Below are positions 7,639-17,000 of a DNA stretch of 30,145 nt, one piece after another. The notes under the pieces are model-generated. The model did no database searches. It saw only the letters and a program-made list of their open reading frames with translations, and had not been told where the DNA came from. The stretch's first letter is position 1. Each line of letters starts with the position of its first letter. This DNA comes from Candidatus Hermodarchaeota archaeon (lineage in GTDB: Archaea > Asgardarchaeota > Hermodarchaeia > Hermodarchaeales > Hermodarchaeaceae), in assembly GCA_016839365.1 (NCBI GenBank), contig JAEOUH010000066.1:1-30145 (forward strand), read 5' to 3'. The translations under genes were made by a program, and so were the position numbers.

Positions 7639-10452
7639 TTGGTAACTACCAATTTAGACCGCATTTTTAATCCTAAGAACATTGTCGTTATTGGTGCTAG
7701 CGAAGAGGAGGGATCAGTGGGACAAATTCTGATGCGTAATTTGGTAATGAATGGATTTGGTGAAAAAGTCTTTCCTGTGAATATTCGTCGCCAAGAAGTA
7801 ATGGGCATTAAGGCTTATCCGACAGTAAGTGAAATCCCCCAGTCTATTGATTTGGCAATCATAGCAACTCCGGCAAAAACTGTGCCTGACATTGTTGAAG
7901 AATGTGGAAAAAAAGGAATTAAGGGAATAATAATCATTTCGGCTGGGTTCAAGGAAATCGGCTCTGAGGGTCTTGCGCTCGAGAAGGAATTAATTGAATT
8001 AAAAAGGAAGTACAATCTTCGAATAATCGGACCCAACTGCTTTGGCATCATTCGTCCGAGTATCCAATTAAATGCAACCTTTGCAGAAGCGATGCCAAAG
8101 ACTGGGAATATTGCATTCATCTCTCAGAGTGGAGCCTTAGGTTCGGCCATAATCGATTGGGCGCTTGGCCAAAATCTGGGATTCAGTAACTTTGTTTCGG
8201 TTGGTTCGATGATTGATGTGGATTTTGGGGATTTAATCGACTATTTTGGAACCGATCCCCAAACACGAAGCATAATCCTGTACATTGAGGGCATATCCGA
8301 TGCACGGAAGTTTATGAGCGCGGCCCGTCACTTTGCGAAAACTAAACCCATTATTGTGGTAAAAGCAGGTAAGTTTAGCGAAAGTGCCCAGGCAGCTGCC
8401 TCACACACCGGCTCATTGACAGGGTCAGATCTGGTTTACGATGCAGCTTTCAAACGGGCAGGCATTGTACGTATCGAAGAAATTTCGGATTTATTTAATG
8501 CATCAGAAACACTGGGAATGCAACCGTTACCAGAAGGCCCGCGCTTAGCAATCATCACAAATGCGGGGGGCCCAGGCGTGATGGCAGCAGATGCATTACT
8601 CCAAAAAGGAGGAAAACTTGCCCATCTATCAGAAACCACAATGAAAGAATTGGACAAGATTCTCCCGCCATTTTGGAGCCAAGGAAATCCTATCGATATT
8701 TTAGGTGACGCCGATGCCCAACGCTACCGCGAAGCGATGAGTATATGTCTGGCTGATAAAAACGTTGATGGCATCCTGCTTATTTACACTCCACAAGCGA
8801 TTGCCGCCGCAGAAACTATTGCACAGAATATCGTTTCAGCTTGTGATGCCCGCGGAGGATGTGAAAAAACCATATTGACATCATTTATGGGCGGAAATAA
8901 AGTTGAAAAAGCTAACCAAATTTTCACAGAAAACGGATATCCTACATATTGGACTCCTGAACACGCTGTTAAAACTTATTTGTACATGTACCAATACAAA
9001 CGAAATCTTGAGTTATTATATGAAACCCCTGAAGAACTACCCATCGAGAGTGCACCTCCAAAACGTCCCGTTTTGATAATTTTACGAAATGCGGCCAAGC
9101 AGAAGCGTGAGATCCTTACTGAAGTAGAAGCCAAACAGCTTTTAGAATTTTATAATATCCCTGTGGTAAAAACCCGAATCGCTAAATCTGTGGATGAAGC
9201 CGCTGCAGCCGCAGCCACAATAGGGTATCCAGTCGTCCTGAAAATTTACTCACCGGATATCACACACAAATCTGATGCCGGTGGAGTAAAACTCAACCTA
9301 AATGACGATAACGAAGTCCGCAATGCTTACAATCTCATCATCGAAGCAGCTAAAGCTTACAAGCCAACGGCAAAAATTCAAGGCGTGACGGTCCAGGAAA
9401 TGATTGAACCCCCAGGAACAGAAGTGATTCTAGGTGCAAAACGCGATCCTCTCTTTGGACCCGTCATACTATTTGGAATGGGAGGCGTAGGTGTAGAATT
9501 CTTCCAGGATGTATCACTCGGTTTTCCTCCTCTCAATCAAACTCTTGCAAGACGCATCATGGAGGACACCCGAGTGTATGAGGTTCTCGTCAAAGGACAC
9601 CGACGAACACCCCCAGCCAATCTTAAATTATTGGAAGAACTCATAGTCCGTTTCTCACAAATGATTGTCGATTTTCCCGAAATCAAAGAGATGGACATCA
9701 ATCCACTTCTTGTCGATGACAAACAAGCCATTGCACTAGACGCCCGAATAGTAATCGATTTATCACGGATAGAGAAAAAAGGAGATACCCCACAAGAACT
9801 CGTGATAAGTCCTTATCCAAAACGGTATGAACAGATTTGGCGCATACGAGATGGACGTATGGTCTTATTCCGTCCAATCAAACCTGAGGATGAACCACTT
9901 TGGTTAGAAATGTTTCAAAACTTTTCTGAAGAATCGATTCGCTACCGGTTTTTTGAAATCATCAAAGATACCCCCCACGAAGTTAGGATACGGTACACAA
10001 ATATTGATTATGACCGGGAAATCGCCATCGTCCCTATATTACACGAAAAAGGTAAAGATAGAATCTTGGGTGTGGTGCGATTAATTGAAGAACCAGATGG
10101 AAAACGGGGAGAAATCGCCTTTATCATCGCTGATCCATGGCAAGGTCTTGGACTCGGTTCCAAATTACTTGACTATATGGTTGAAATAGCAATTGACAGA
10201 GGATTGGAAGAAATCTATGGAGTGATGCTCCCCGATAATTATCGAGCGCATAAACTAATGGAAAAAATGGGATTTACGCTCGAACGGACGAGGGATGGGC
10301 TGGTTAAAGCTACACTCGATTTAAAGGAAGAAAAACACTGGCGAGCTCCACGAGAATTTCGAACTATTCATGAACCTGCAATAGAAGCAGAAGAACTGAA
10401 GAAGCATGTTCAACCAATAAAGAAACGAAAGAAAAAAGCCAAAAAGTCCTGA
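7639..10452 (+). CDS. Bifunctional ADP-forming acetate--CoA ligase family / GNAT acetyltransferase (Pat-like)
   Basis: VIGAS, GPNC.G, SQSGA, ASHTG, TNAGGPG, NPIDILG, ATP-grasp HKSDAGGV and DINP, and a C-terminal GNAT with WQGLGLG. TTG start behind AAGGAGG. Confidence 0.93.
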   Translation: MVTTNLDRIFNPKNIVVIGASEEEGSVGQILMRNLVMNGFGEKVFPVNIRRQEVMGIKAYPTVSEIPQSIDLAIIATPAKTVPDIVEECGKKGIKGIIIISAGFKEIGSEGLALEKELIELKRKYNLRIIGPNCFGIIRPSIQLNATFAEAMPKTGNIAFISQSGALGSAIIDWALGQNLGFSNFVSVGSMIDVDFGDLIDYFGTDPQTRSIILYIEGISDARKFMSAARHFAKTKPIIVVKAGKFSESAQAAASHTGSLTGSDLVYDAAFKRAGIVRIEEISDLFNASETLGMQPLPEGPRLAIITNAGGPGVMAADALLQKGGKLAHLSETTMKELDKILPPFWSQGNPIDILGDADAQRYREAMSICLADKNVDGILLIYTPQAIAAAETIAQNIVSACDARGGCEKTILTSFMGGNKVEKANQIFTENGYPTYWTPEHAVKTYLYMYQYKRNLELLYETPEELPIESAPPKRPVLIILRNAAKQKREILTEVEAKQLLEFYNIPVVKTRIAKSVDEAAAAAATIGYPVVLKIYSPDITHKSDAGGVKLNLNDDNEVRNAYNLIIEAAKAYKPTAKIQGVTVQEMIEPPGTEVILGAKRDPLFGPVILFGMGGVGVEFFQDVSLGFPPLNQTLARRIMEDTRVYEVLVKGHRRTPPANLKLLEELIVRFSQMIVDFPEIKEMDINPLLVDDKQAIALDARIVIDLSRIEKKGDTPQELVISPYPKRYEQIWRIRDGRMVLFRPIKPEDEPLWLEMFQNFSEESIRYRFFEIIKDTPHEVRIRYTNIDYDREIAIVPILHEKGKDRILGVVRLIEEPDGKRGEIAFIIADPWQGLGLGSKLLDYMVEIAIDRGLEEIYGVMLPDNYRAHKLMEKMGFTLERTRDGLVKATLDLKEEKHWRAPREFRTIHEPAIEAEELKKHVQPIKKRKKKAKKS

Positions 10453-10481
10453 ATCAAGTGAACCAAAGGTGTGAATTTCTT

Positions 10482-11018
10482 ATGACAAATTTATGGCGAA
10501 TTTTACCCCCAGGTTCGAATCCGCCAAAACGCGTTAATGTAATCGTTGAAGTTCCTAAGGGAGAGACAAACAAATACGAATACGATTATAAATTAGGGTT
10601 CTTTCGCTTGGACCGAGTGCTGTATGGGGCACTATATTATCCGGCTGACTATGGGATTATTCCACAGACCTGGTATACAGATGGCGACCCGTTAGATATA
10701 ATGGTGCTAACCTCCAAACCCACGTTTACTGGTTGCGTTCTGGAAGCCAGACCTATTGGCGTCCTCACCATGGAAGATGAAAAGGGTGAAGATGATAAAA
10801 TCATCGGGGTGCCCGTAACTGATCCACGGTTTCAAGAGCTAACTGATTGTTCATCGATGGCCAATCATCTTCGTGCCGAGATTGCAGACTTTTTCTTGAA
10901 TTATAAGAATCTTGAACCGCGGAAATGGGTTAAGGTTAAAGAATGGAAAGACTCCCCTGAAGCAGAGAAAATCATCAATCTAGCAATCAAGATGTATCAG
11001 GAGAGATCGGCCGACTAG
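10482..11018 (+). CDS. ppa: Family I inorganic pyrophosphatase
   Basis: NKYEYD, LDRVL, YPADYG, DGDPLD, DDKI and FFLNYK. Start placed at ATG 10482; the ORF track starts at 10458. Confidence 0.95.
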   Translation: MTNLWRILPPGSNPPKRVNVIVEVPKGETNKYEYDYKLGFFRLDRVLYGALYYPADYGIIPQTWYTDGDPLDIMVLTSKPTFTGCVLEARPIGVLTMEDEKGEDDKIIGVPVTDPRFQELTDCSSMANHLRAEIADFFLNYKNLEPRKWVKVKEWKDSPEAEKIINLAIKMYQERSAD

Positions 11019-11616
11019 CAGATTTGCTAGAAGCCATTTTCTTTCGACGTTGAGCAAAAAACATCCAAATACTTGGAACCAGAAAAGGAGTCTTTCGTTT
11101 ATATTTCAGATACTCTTCGCCAAATCGGCGTGTTAGATTGGGTTCCTCACGTCTCTTGATTATGATGACTTGAACTCCGAGCACGATGGCAGGAATGAAC
11201 AAGGTCATACCAAGGGACCTGAATAGTAATCCCATGCCCAGTGGAAGTAGTGTATACCCAAAGGTCATAGGATTCCGTGTATAGGTGAAAATTCCGGAGA
11301 TCACCAGAGTAGAGGATTGAGAGGCTTGTACCGCTTCGCCCCACGGAAGCCCTTTACCTACCTTCCGCAATTGCCGAGTTGCCTTGATGCCTATCGCTGC
11401 ACCCCCCAGCATCACAATTACTCCGAAAACAATGTTGAAGGGGAAGGGAGGAAAAGGTGGAAGGTTAAGGACGAGGTCGATCCAGCTTCCGAGTAGAAAG
11501 GTTCCAAGTGGAACCAACAGAAAGATGAGGAAGTAGGGAATGAAATAACGCAAATGGATTTTTGGCAGAGCCTTCGTATCCGCCTTTGTTTCACTGTCTG
11601 GCATCACTGTCTCCAT
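10987..11616 (-). CDS. Isoprenylcysteine carboxyl methyltransferase / PEMT-family membrane methyltransferase
   Basis: LVISGIFTYTRNPM, EE..L..RFGEEY..YKRKTP and several TM segments. Confidence 0.88.
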   Translation of the reverse strand: METVMPDSETKADTKALPKIHLRYFIPYFLIFLLVPLGTFLLGSWIDLVLNLPPFPPFPFNIVFGVIVMLGGAAIGIKATRQLRKVGKGLPWGEAVQASQSSTLVISGIFTYTRNPMTFGYTLLPLGMGLLFRSLGMTLFIPAIVLGVQVIIIKRREEPNLTRRFGEEYLKYKRKTPFLVPSIWMFFAQRRKKMASSKSASRPISPDTS

Positions 11617-11623
11617 CCAGGAA

Positions 11624-11700
11624 TGGCGGGCCCGCGGGGATTCGAACCCCGGTTCTTCGGCTTAGAGGGCCGATGCCTTATCCAGCTTGGCCACGGGCCC
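11624..11700 (-). tRNA. tRNA-Arg(UCU), intronless, CCA encoded, with atypical C33
   Basis: Acceptor stem GGGCCCG/CGGGCCC plus G-CCA; D-loop GG followed by A20; anticodon stem TCGGC/GCCGA with loop CCTCTAA; T-arm CGGGG-TTCGAAT-CCCCG. Confidence 0.95.
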
Positions 11701-11809
11701 AGAGTGTGTCAATAAGGATTTCGGGATATTTGCAGGAAACAGCGGGCGGAGCTGGATATATTTTTATCTGTACATCGTGTTGTGAGTGTAGTATTGCGGG
11801 TGCTTATCG

Positions 11810-12025
11810 ATGGAAACAGACATCTATTCCACAGAGATGGCGTTACGCAGCGGCATTTCTGAGGTTCACGTGACTAAAAACAAAACTGTACGGGCTCTTT
11901 TAAAGGAATTGGGTTTACTTTATCGACACCATGTGGTTTTAGTCGATGGAAAACGAGCCTATTTAGACGATGAAATCACTGAAGGGCAACGCGTTATCGT
12001 CCTCCCAATCATCGCAGGTGGATAG
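11810..12025 (+). CDS. MoaD/ThiS/SAMP-family ubiquitin-fold protein
   Basis: TVRALLKELG, VVLVDG and C-terminal LPIIAGG di-glycine. Confidence 0.88.
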   Translation: METDIYSTEMALRSGISEVHVTKNKTVRALLKELGLLYRHHVVLVDGKRAYLDDEITEGQRVIVLPIIAGG

Positions 12026-12214
12026 AACCACCTCTTCATCTTCAGACTATTCCTAATCATTTTAATTAAGAAAAGGAACTTCTAACAGCATGTTCTCAGG
12101 GGTTGGTTGATGAGATGCTGTTAAGAAATGCTCCTATCGGAAAATCTTTTTAAAACCTTTGAGCATTCGGGTTCATTCCCGTTATTCCGTTCACGGGCTC
12201 GTTGGTGTATTGCT

Positions 12215-13591
12215 TTGATTAAAAAGACGACTCTAATTCCACTCATGATTTTGCTAGGTTTTCTCTTTCTTAACCCCTTACTTGCTCCTGGTCTTATTTT
12301 TCAAGTGAATGAGCCAGCAATTAGTTCTCGCTTGAATGCGAATGCACCGCCTACTCCCCAATCAACACCAGATTGGATCGACGTCTACCTCGATGCTGAA
12401 TACACCTTTGATAATGATTCAGTCGTCATTAGTTGGACCGGGCGCCCACGAACAAATCCGGATTCGCCCTTTAACTCGTTATACAACTGGACGAAGTCTG
12501 GATACATTGATGGTGGCATTTGGGATGGAAATCCTGGTAATGCAACCATTCATGCCGTTGCGTGGGATAACACAACTACAGCCACTGAAGTCAGAGATTT
12601 CCTCAACCATACTATGGTGACCTATGTACGCTACACTAGTTTCCCATCCTTGAGCAGCTTCAACTTCACCGACTATGAAAACCAAACCATGTGGGTTTTC
12701 GATGATGCGATTGCCTCTCATGAAGAATTCCTGAACACAACCTTCTTTCTCGTCAACAACGCGACAGGCTATCTAATGGACGGGTTCAATGCGACAGGAA
12801 TCGGAGCAGATCTCACCAACTACCACATACATCTTGAATGGTTTGAAAATGAACCTATTGCCCAAGTGAGCTTCACTTATACCATTGCAAATGTCATCGA
12901 AGCCCAAGATGACGCCTTCATATTTCGACTCGGCCATGCTCTGGGTTTAACAGCACCCCTGAACCTAACGGGGCAAGGGCAATTAACCATCCATGGTCCA
13001 TTCAATCGCGTCTATCTTGAAGGCACTCCAGAGATAGCATTTGAAGGAACCATCTTTCCATTTTATCCAATTGGCGTGGAGGCTTTTGGTTTTTCAGATG
13101 AAACGTCAGAGTTTGATTATACAATCAGATTCCAGGAAGGAGCCTCAATTCTTACTGTAACTCGTGAGTTTAGTACAACCATATTTAACCGAGGAGATCT
13201 TCTCTCTGCCCGAGTGCTTGTGGAGAACACTGGCAACACCATCTTCTCTCAAGTGACTGTGCGCGATGTGATTGGCATCGAAACAGGTATTTTTCAGCTC
13301 GTGAGCGGATTGGCTTCAACGACTGCTTTCAATATCCACCCCGGTGACAATGTGACCCTCGAGTATACCCTAATGGCGCTTGCCTCAGGAGTATATGAAT
13401 ACCCCGCAGCTCAGATTGTGGGAATTGATGTTTTCTCCCAACAACGTACTTTTACCTCATCAACGCAGTCATTTACAATCGGAAACGGCTTAACACCGAA
13501 TGAAATCACGCTAATCGGACTGGGAGCAGGGCTTATCATCATCGTCGTTATCCTTCTGATTCTTTACCGATTCCGAAGACGCATCTTCTAA
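12215..13591 (+). CDS. Secreted, C-terminally anchored glycoprotein with a membrane-proximal TRAP-beta/BatD/DUF11-like Ig domain
   Basis: Signal peptide (KK plus hydrophobic stretch) if started at TTG 12215; 12 N-x-S/T sequons counted; V.VENTG...V.VRD motif; C-terminal TM followed by RFRRRIF. Confidence 0.75.
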   Translation: MIKKTTLIPLMILLGFLFLNPLLAPGLIFQVNEPAISSRLNANAPPTPQSTPDWIDVYLDAEYTFDNDSVVISWTGRPRTNPDSPFNSLYNWTKSGYIDGGIWDGNPGNATIHAVAWDNTTTATEVRDFLNHTMVTYVRYTSFPSLSSFNFTDYENQTMWVFDDAIASHEEFLNTTFFLVNNATGYLMDGFNATGIGADLTNYHIHLEWFENEPIAQVSFTYTIANVIEAQDDAFIFRLGHALGLTAPLNLTGQGQLTIHGPFNRVYLEGTPEIAFEGTIFPFYPIGVEAFGFSDETSEFDYTIRFQEGASILTVTREFSTTIFNRGDLLSARVLVENTGNTIFSQVTVRDVIGIETGIFQLVSGLASTTAFNIHPGDNVTLEYTLMALASGVYEYPAAQIVGIDVFSQQRTFTSSTQSFTIGNGLTPNEITLIGLGAGLIIIVVILLILYRFRRRIF

Positions 13592-13715
13592 TGTCTCAGA
13601 CGCCACAAACAAATCCTAATTCCTTCACCCAACCCCCAGTTGAGATACCCAAGTGTGCTATGGGCAAAGTCCTAAAAGCCCAGAGCTCCAACATCCATAC
13701 AGGCGGTCGTTTGAT

Positions 13716-15071
13716 ATGCCATCAGAAGAACCTGCAGGTTATTTGGGAAAAGCCCAGAAAACCCTAGAAAAAGCTAAGGTCCAAATCGGTGATCGTATAT
13801 CTATTCAGACCCTGGATAATACCTTCGAGGGTATTGTTATTCCCCGCGCTGAGATTGGTGCTGATGATCAGCACATAGTCCTCAAACTCGATTCGGGCTA
13901 TAATGTTGGCATCCACGTCGATAGAATCCAGCAGCTGAAACATCTTCAATCAGGGAAAATCATCGAACCAGAACTCCCAGCAGTACCCCGGAAAACCAAG
14001 AAAGGGTTGCCCTGGGTAAGTATCCTTAGCACAGGAGGCACCATAGCTAGCCGAGTAGACTATCATACCGGAGCTGTTAATCCTGCATTATCCGCAGATG
14101 ACCTCTATACAGTCGTTCCTGAACTGGGTGACTTGGCTAACATTCGCGCTGATGTGCTCTTTAGCGAGTTCAGTGAAAATCTCACCCCAAACCACTGGAC
14201 AACCATAGCCAAACAAACGGCAAAGCACCTCGAGGAATCTGAAGGAGTAGTAATTGCACACGGTACTGATACCATGGGGTACACTGCGGCCGCGCTCAGC
14301 TTTGCCCTCCAGAATCTCCCGCGACCTGTTATTCTGACTGGCTCACAACGTTCATCAGACCGCCCCTCTTCAGATGCGGCATTGAACCTAATGGGAGCCG
14401 TGATAACAGCTTATCAAGCGCCATTCGCTGAAGTCGTCGTGGCTATGCATCGATCACCAGATGATACAAAGATTGCGCTTCACCCCGGAACCCAAGTTCG
14501 CAAATGCCATACCAGCCGGCGTGACGCCTTCTTGACCATTAACGCAGACCTTCTGGGAGAGGTCAGTGATGGCAAAGTACACATGCTGGTTGATGATTCC
14601 GCTTATCGGCATCGCAATTCGAAACGGAAACTTACCCTTCAACCAGAATTTGATACTAAAGTAGCCTTACTTAAAACCACTCCAGGAATGACAGGGGATC
14701 TCATCGATTCTCTCATCGATCGTGGATATCATGGAATTGTGCTCGAAGGAACGGGACTTGGTCATGCACCTGCCTCCTTATTGAAAGCCATAGAACGGAC
14801 GCAAGAAGAACAGATACCAATTATCATGACCTCACAATGCATTTGGGGGCGAGTCCAGATGCGTGTGTATCGAACAGGTGTAGAGCTGGTACAACGCGGA
14901 GTGATTTCCGCTGAAGACATGATTGCTGAGACTGCTTATGTGAAGTTGATGTGGATACTTGCCCAAACTCGAGATATTAACGAAGTGCAAACAAGAATGA
15001 GAGCCAACCTAGTTGGAGAAATTACAGAGTGTTCCAAGCGTAGCCAATATGAAGAGATGAGCCACCTATGA
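13716..15071 (+). CDS. gatD: Glu-tRNA(Gln) amidotransferase subunit D
   Basis: VLKLDSGYNVG, STGGTIASRVDY.TG, HGTDT, GSQRSSDRPSSD and K.HTSRRDAF. Start placed at ATG 13716. Confidence 0.97.
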   Translation: MPSEEPAGYLGKAQKTLEKAKVQIGDRISIQTLDNTFEGIVIPRAEIGADDQHIVLKLDSGYNVGIHVDRIQQLKHLQSGKIIEPELPAVPRKTKKGLPWVSILSTGGTIASRVDYHTGAVNPALSADDLYTVVPELGDLANIRADVLFSEFSENLTPNHWTTIAKQTAKHLEESEGVVIAHGTDTMGYTAAALSFALQNLPRPVILTGSQRSSDRPSSDAALNLMGAVITAYQAPFAEVVVAMHRSPDDTKIALHPGTQVRKCHTSRRDAFLTINADLLGEVSDGKVHMLVDDSAYRHRNSKRKLTLQPEFDTKVALLKTTPGMTGDLIDSLIDRGYHGIVLEGTGLGHAPASLLKAIERTQEEQIPIIMTSQCIWGRVQMRVYRTGVELVQRGVISAEDMIAETAYVKLMWILAQTRDINEVQTRMRANLVGEITECSKRSQYEEMSHL

Positions 15072-16975
15072 CTAAAATCGATTACGAAAAAGTAGGAGCC
15101 CTTATTGGCATCGAAGTCCATCAGCAACTCGACACCCGAACGAAGTTATTCTGCAGCTGCCCTACAAAAATCCGAGAAGACGACCCGGAGTTCACCTTTA
15201 TCAGGCGGTTACGACCCACACAAAGTGAACTGGGCGAAGTAGATCCAGCAGCGCTATTTGAGTTTCAAAGGGGTCGGGTCCATATCTATGAAAATTATGA
15301 CGATTCAATCTGTTTGGTTGAACAGGACGAAGAACCACCTCATCTTTTGGATGAAGAAGCAGTGGATTTTGCCCTCGAAATCTCATTGCTCATGAACTCG
15401 CAACCTGTTGATGAGATACAGATCATGCGAAAGCTGGTAATTGACGGTTCCAATACAACGGGATTTCAGCGAAGCGTAGTAGTGGCATTCGGAGGTTCGA
15501 TCGATGTGAACGGATTCACGGTTCCTATTCAAACCATCGGAGTGGAAGAGGACGCGGCCAGAAAAATTCGTGAGAATGGAAGCCAAACCTATTGGCGGCT
15601 TGACCGGCTTGGAATTCCTCTCATTGAAGTAGCAACCGCTCCAGTGATGAAAACCCCCCAACAGGTTCTTGATACGGCCTTGCGTATAGGTCAGATTTTT
15701 CGTGTGACGGGGAAAGTCAAACGTGGATTAGGCACCATTCGACAAGACATTAATGTCTCGGTGAAAGGGGGCGCTATCATTGAAATTAAAGGTGTGCAAA
15801 AACTCAATCTCATTGGACAGGTTGTCGAATATGAGGTTCAACGACAGCTGCAACTGCTAAAAATCCGCGATGAACTGAAAGAGAGAGGCGTTCGCAGCGG
15901 ACAGATTAAGAGTATGGCTCACGATGTTACTTCTCTTTTCGAGAAAAGCAGCAGCAAGGTCATTCAGAGCGCGTTAAAAAGGAAAGAGGGGGTGTATGCT
16001 CTAGTACTGCCAGGATTCGCTGGAATGGTTGGAAGAGAGGTACAGCCAGGACGACGGTTGGGCAGTGAACTGGCAGACTATGCTAAGTTCTGGGGAGGTG
16101 TTCAAGGTTTGTTCCACACCGATGAACTGCCAAATTACGGCATTACTTCGGTCGAAGTGACTGCATTACAGAAATACTTGAAGGCTCAGGATGTCGACGC
16201 AATTATTATTGTAGCGGCTACTGAGACAGCATCCAAGGAAGCGCTGAAAGCCGTCGCTGACCGGGCACGCCAGGCCTTGAAGTGTGTCCCCGATGAGACG
16301 CGGGGACCACTTATTGATGGAACCACACGTTACTCTCGTCCACGCCCTGGTGCCGCTCGTATGTATCCGGAAACGGATGTAGCACCTGTTGCAGTGACAC
16401 AAGAGCGACTAGAACGAATCCGACAGGGTTTGCCAGAACTCCCCGAAGAGAAGCTACAGAAATTCCGAGAGGAGTACCACCTGAGTGACGAGTTGGCCGG
16501 GATTATGATTCGTTCCCTGCGTATTGACCTTTTTGAACACATCATCACGCAGCACCCAGAATTAGCTGTGACTGTGGCCGCTGCCCTTGAATCGACGTGG
16601 CGAAACCTTGAACGTGAGGGAGTTGATGTCGAAGGGATTCCGGAAGAGCAAATTGCCCTCCTCTTTGATCGACTAGCGGCTGACCAGTTCGCCAAAGAGG
16701 CCATCGAAGAACTTCTAATCTGGTTGGCTCAGCACCCCGAAAAGACTGTTGATGATGCCGTTGTAGACCTTGGACTGGGAGTAATATCTCATTCTGAACT
16801 AAAAGGTATCATTGACCAAATTGTAAAGGCAAATGCAGCCATGGTGGCTGAGCGGGGGGAAAGAGCCGTCGGTCCGTTGATGGGCTTGGTGATGAAAGAA
16901 GTTCGGGGCCGTGCAGATGGAAAGCTAGTAAATAAGCTTCTCCAGGATGCAGTGAAAACCCAGATGAAATCATGA
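15068..16975 (+). CDS. gatE: Glu-tRNA(Gln) amidotransferase subunit E
   Basis: GIEVHQQL..KLFC.CP, RLRPTQSELGEVD, DGSNTTGFQR, RGLGTIRQD and RPRPGAARMYPETD; 4-nt overlap with gatD. Confidence 0.97.
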   Translation: MTKIDYEKVGALIGIEVHQQLDTRTKLFCSCPTKIREDDPEFTFIRRLRPTQSELGEVDPAALFEFQRGRVHIYENYDDSICLVEQDEEPPHLLDEEAVDFALEISLLMNSQPVDEIQIMRKLVIDGSNTTGFQRSVVVAFGGSIDVNGFTVPIQTIGVEEDAARKIRENGSQTYWRLDRLGIPLIEVATAPVMKTPQQVLDTALRIGQIFRVTGKVKRGLGTIRQDINVSVKGGAIIEIKGVQKLNLIGQVVEYEVQRQLQLLKIRDELKERGVRSGQIKSMAHDVTSLFEKSSSKVIQSALKRKEGVYALVLPGFAGMVGREVQPGRRLGSELADYAKFWGGVQGLFHTDELPNYGITSVEVTALQKYLKAQDVDAIIIVAATETASKEALKAVADRARQALKCVPDETRGPLIDGTTRYSRPRPGAARMYPETDVAPVAVTQERLERIRQGLPELPEEKLQKFREEYHLSDELAGIMIRSLRIDLFEHIITQHPELAVTVAAALESTWRNLEREGVDVEGIPEEQIALLFDRLAADQFAKEAIEELLIWLAQHPEKTVDDAVVDLGLGVISHSELKGIIDQIVKANAAMVAERGERAVGPLMGLVMKEVRGRADGKLVNKLLQDAVKTQMKS

Positions 16976-17000
16976 ACCGACGCCTTCAGCATCTTATGTA

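Noticed and set aside
10987-11018. Convergent 3' overlap of ppa and the methyltransferase
   Set aside because: Short convergent overlaps are common in compact archaeal genomes.
11656-11674. CTCTAA in the anticodon loop suggesting an amber suppressor or tRNA-Pyl
   Set aside because: The stem TCGGC/GCCGA fixes a 7-nt loop centred on TCT, and the shifted register does not pair. A20 and G73 fit Arg identity, and no pyl genes are present.
11624-11700. tRNA as an integration site for a mobile element
   Set aside because: I found no duplicated tRNA 3' end and no integrase in the window.
11562-11873. 103-aa ORF on the + strand
   Set aside because: Antisense to the tRNA and overlaps two real genes; a shadow ORF.
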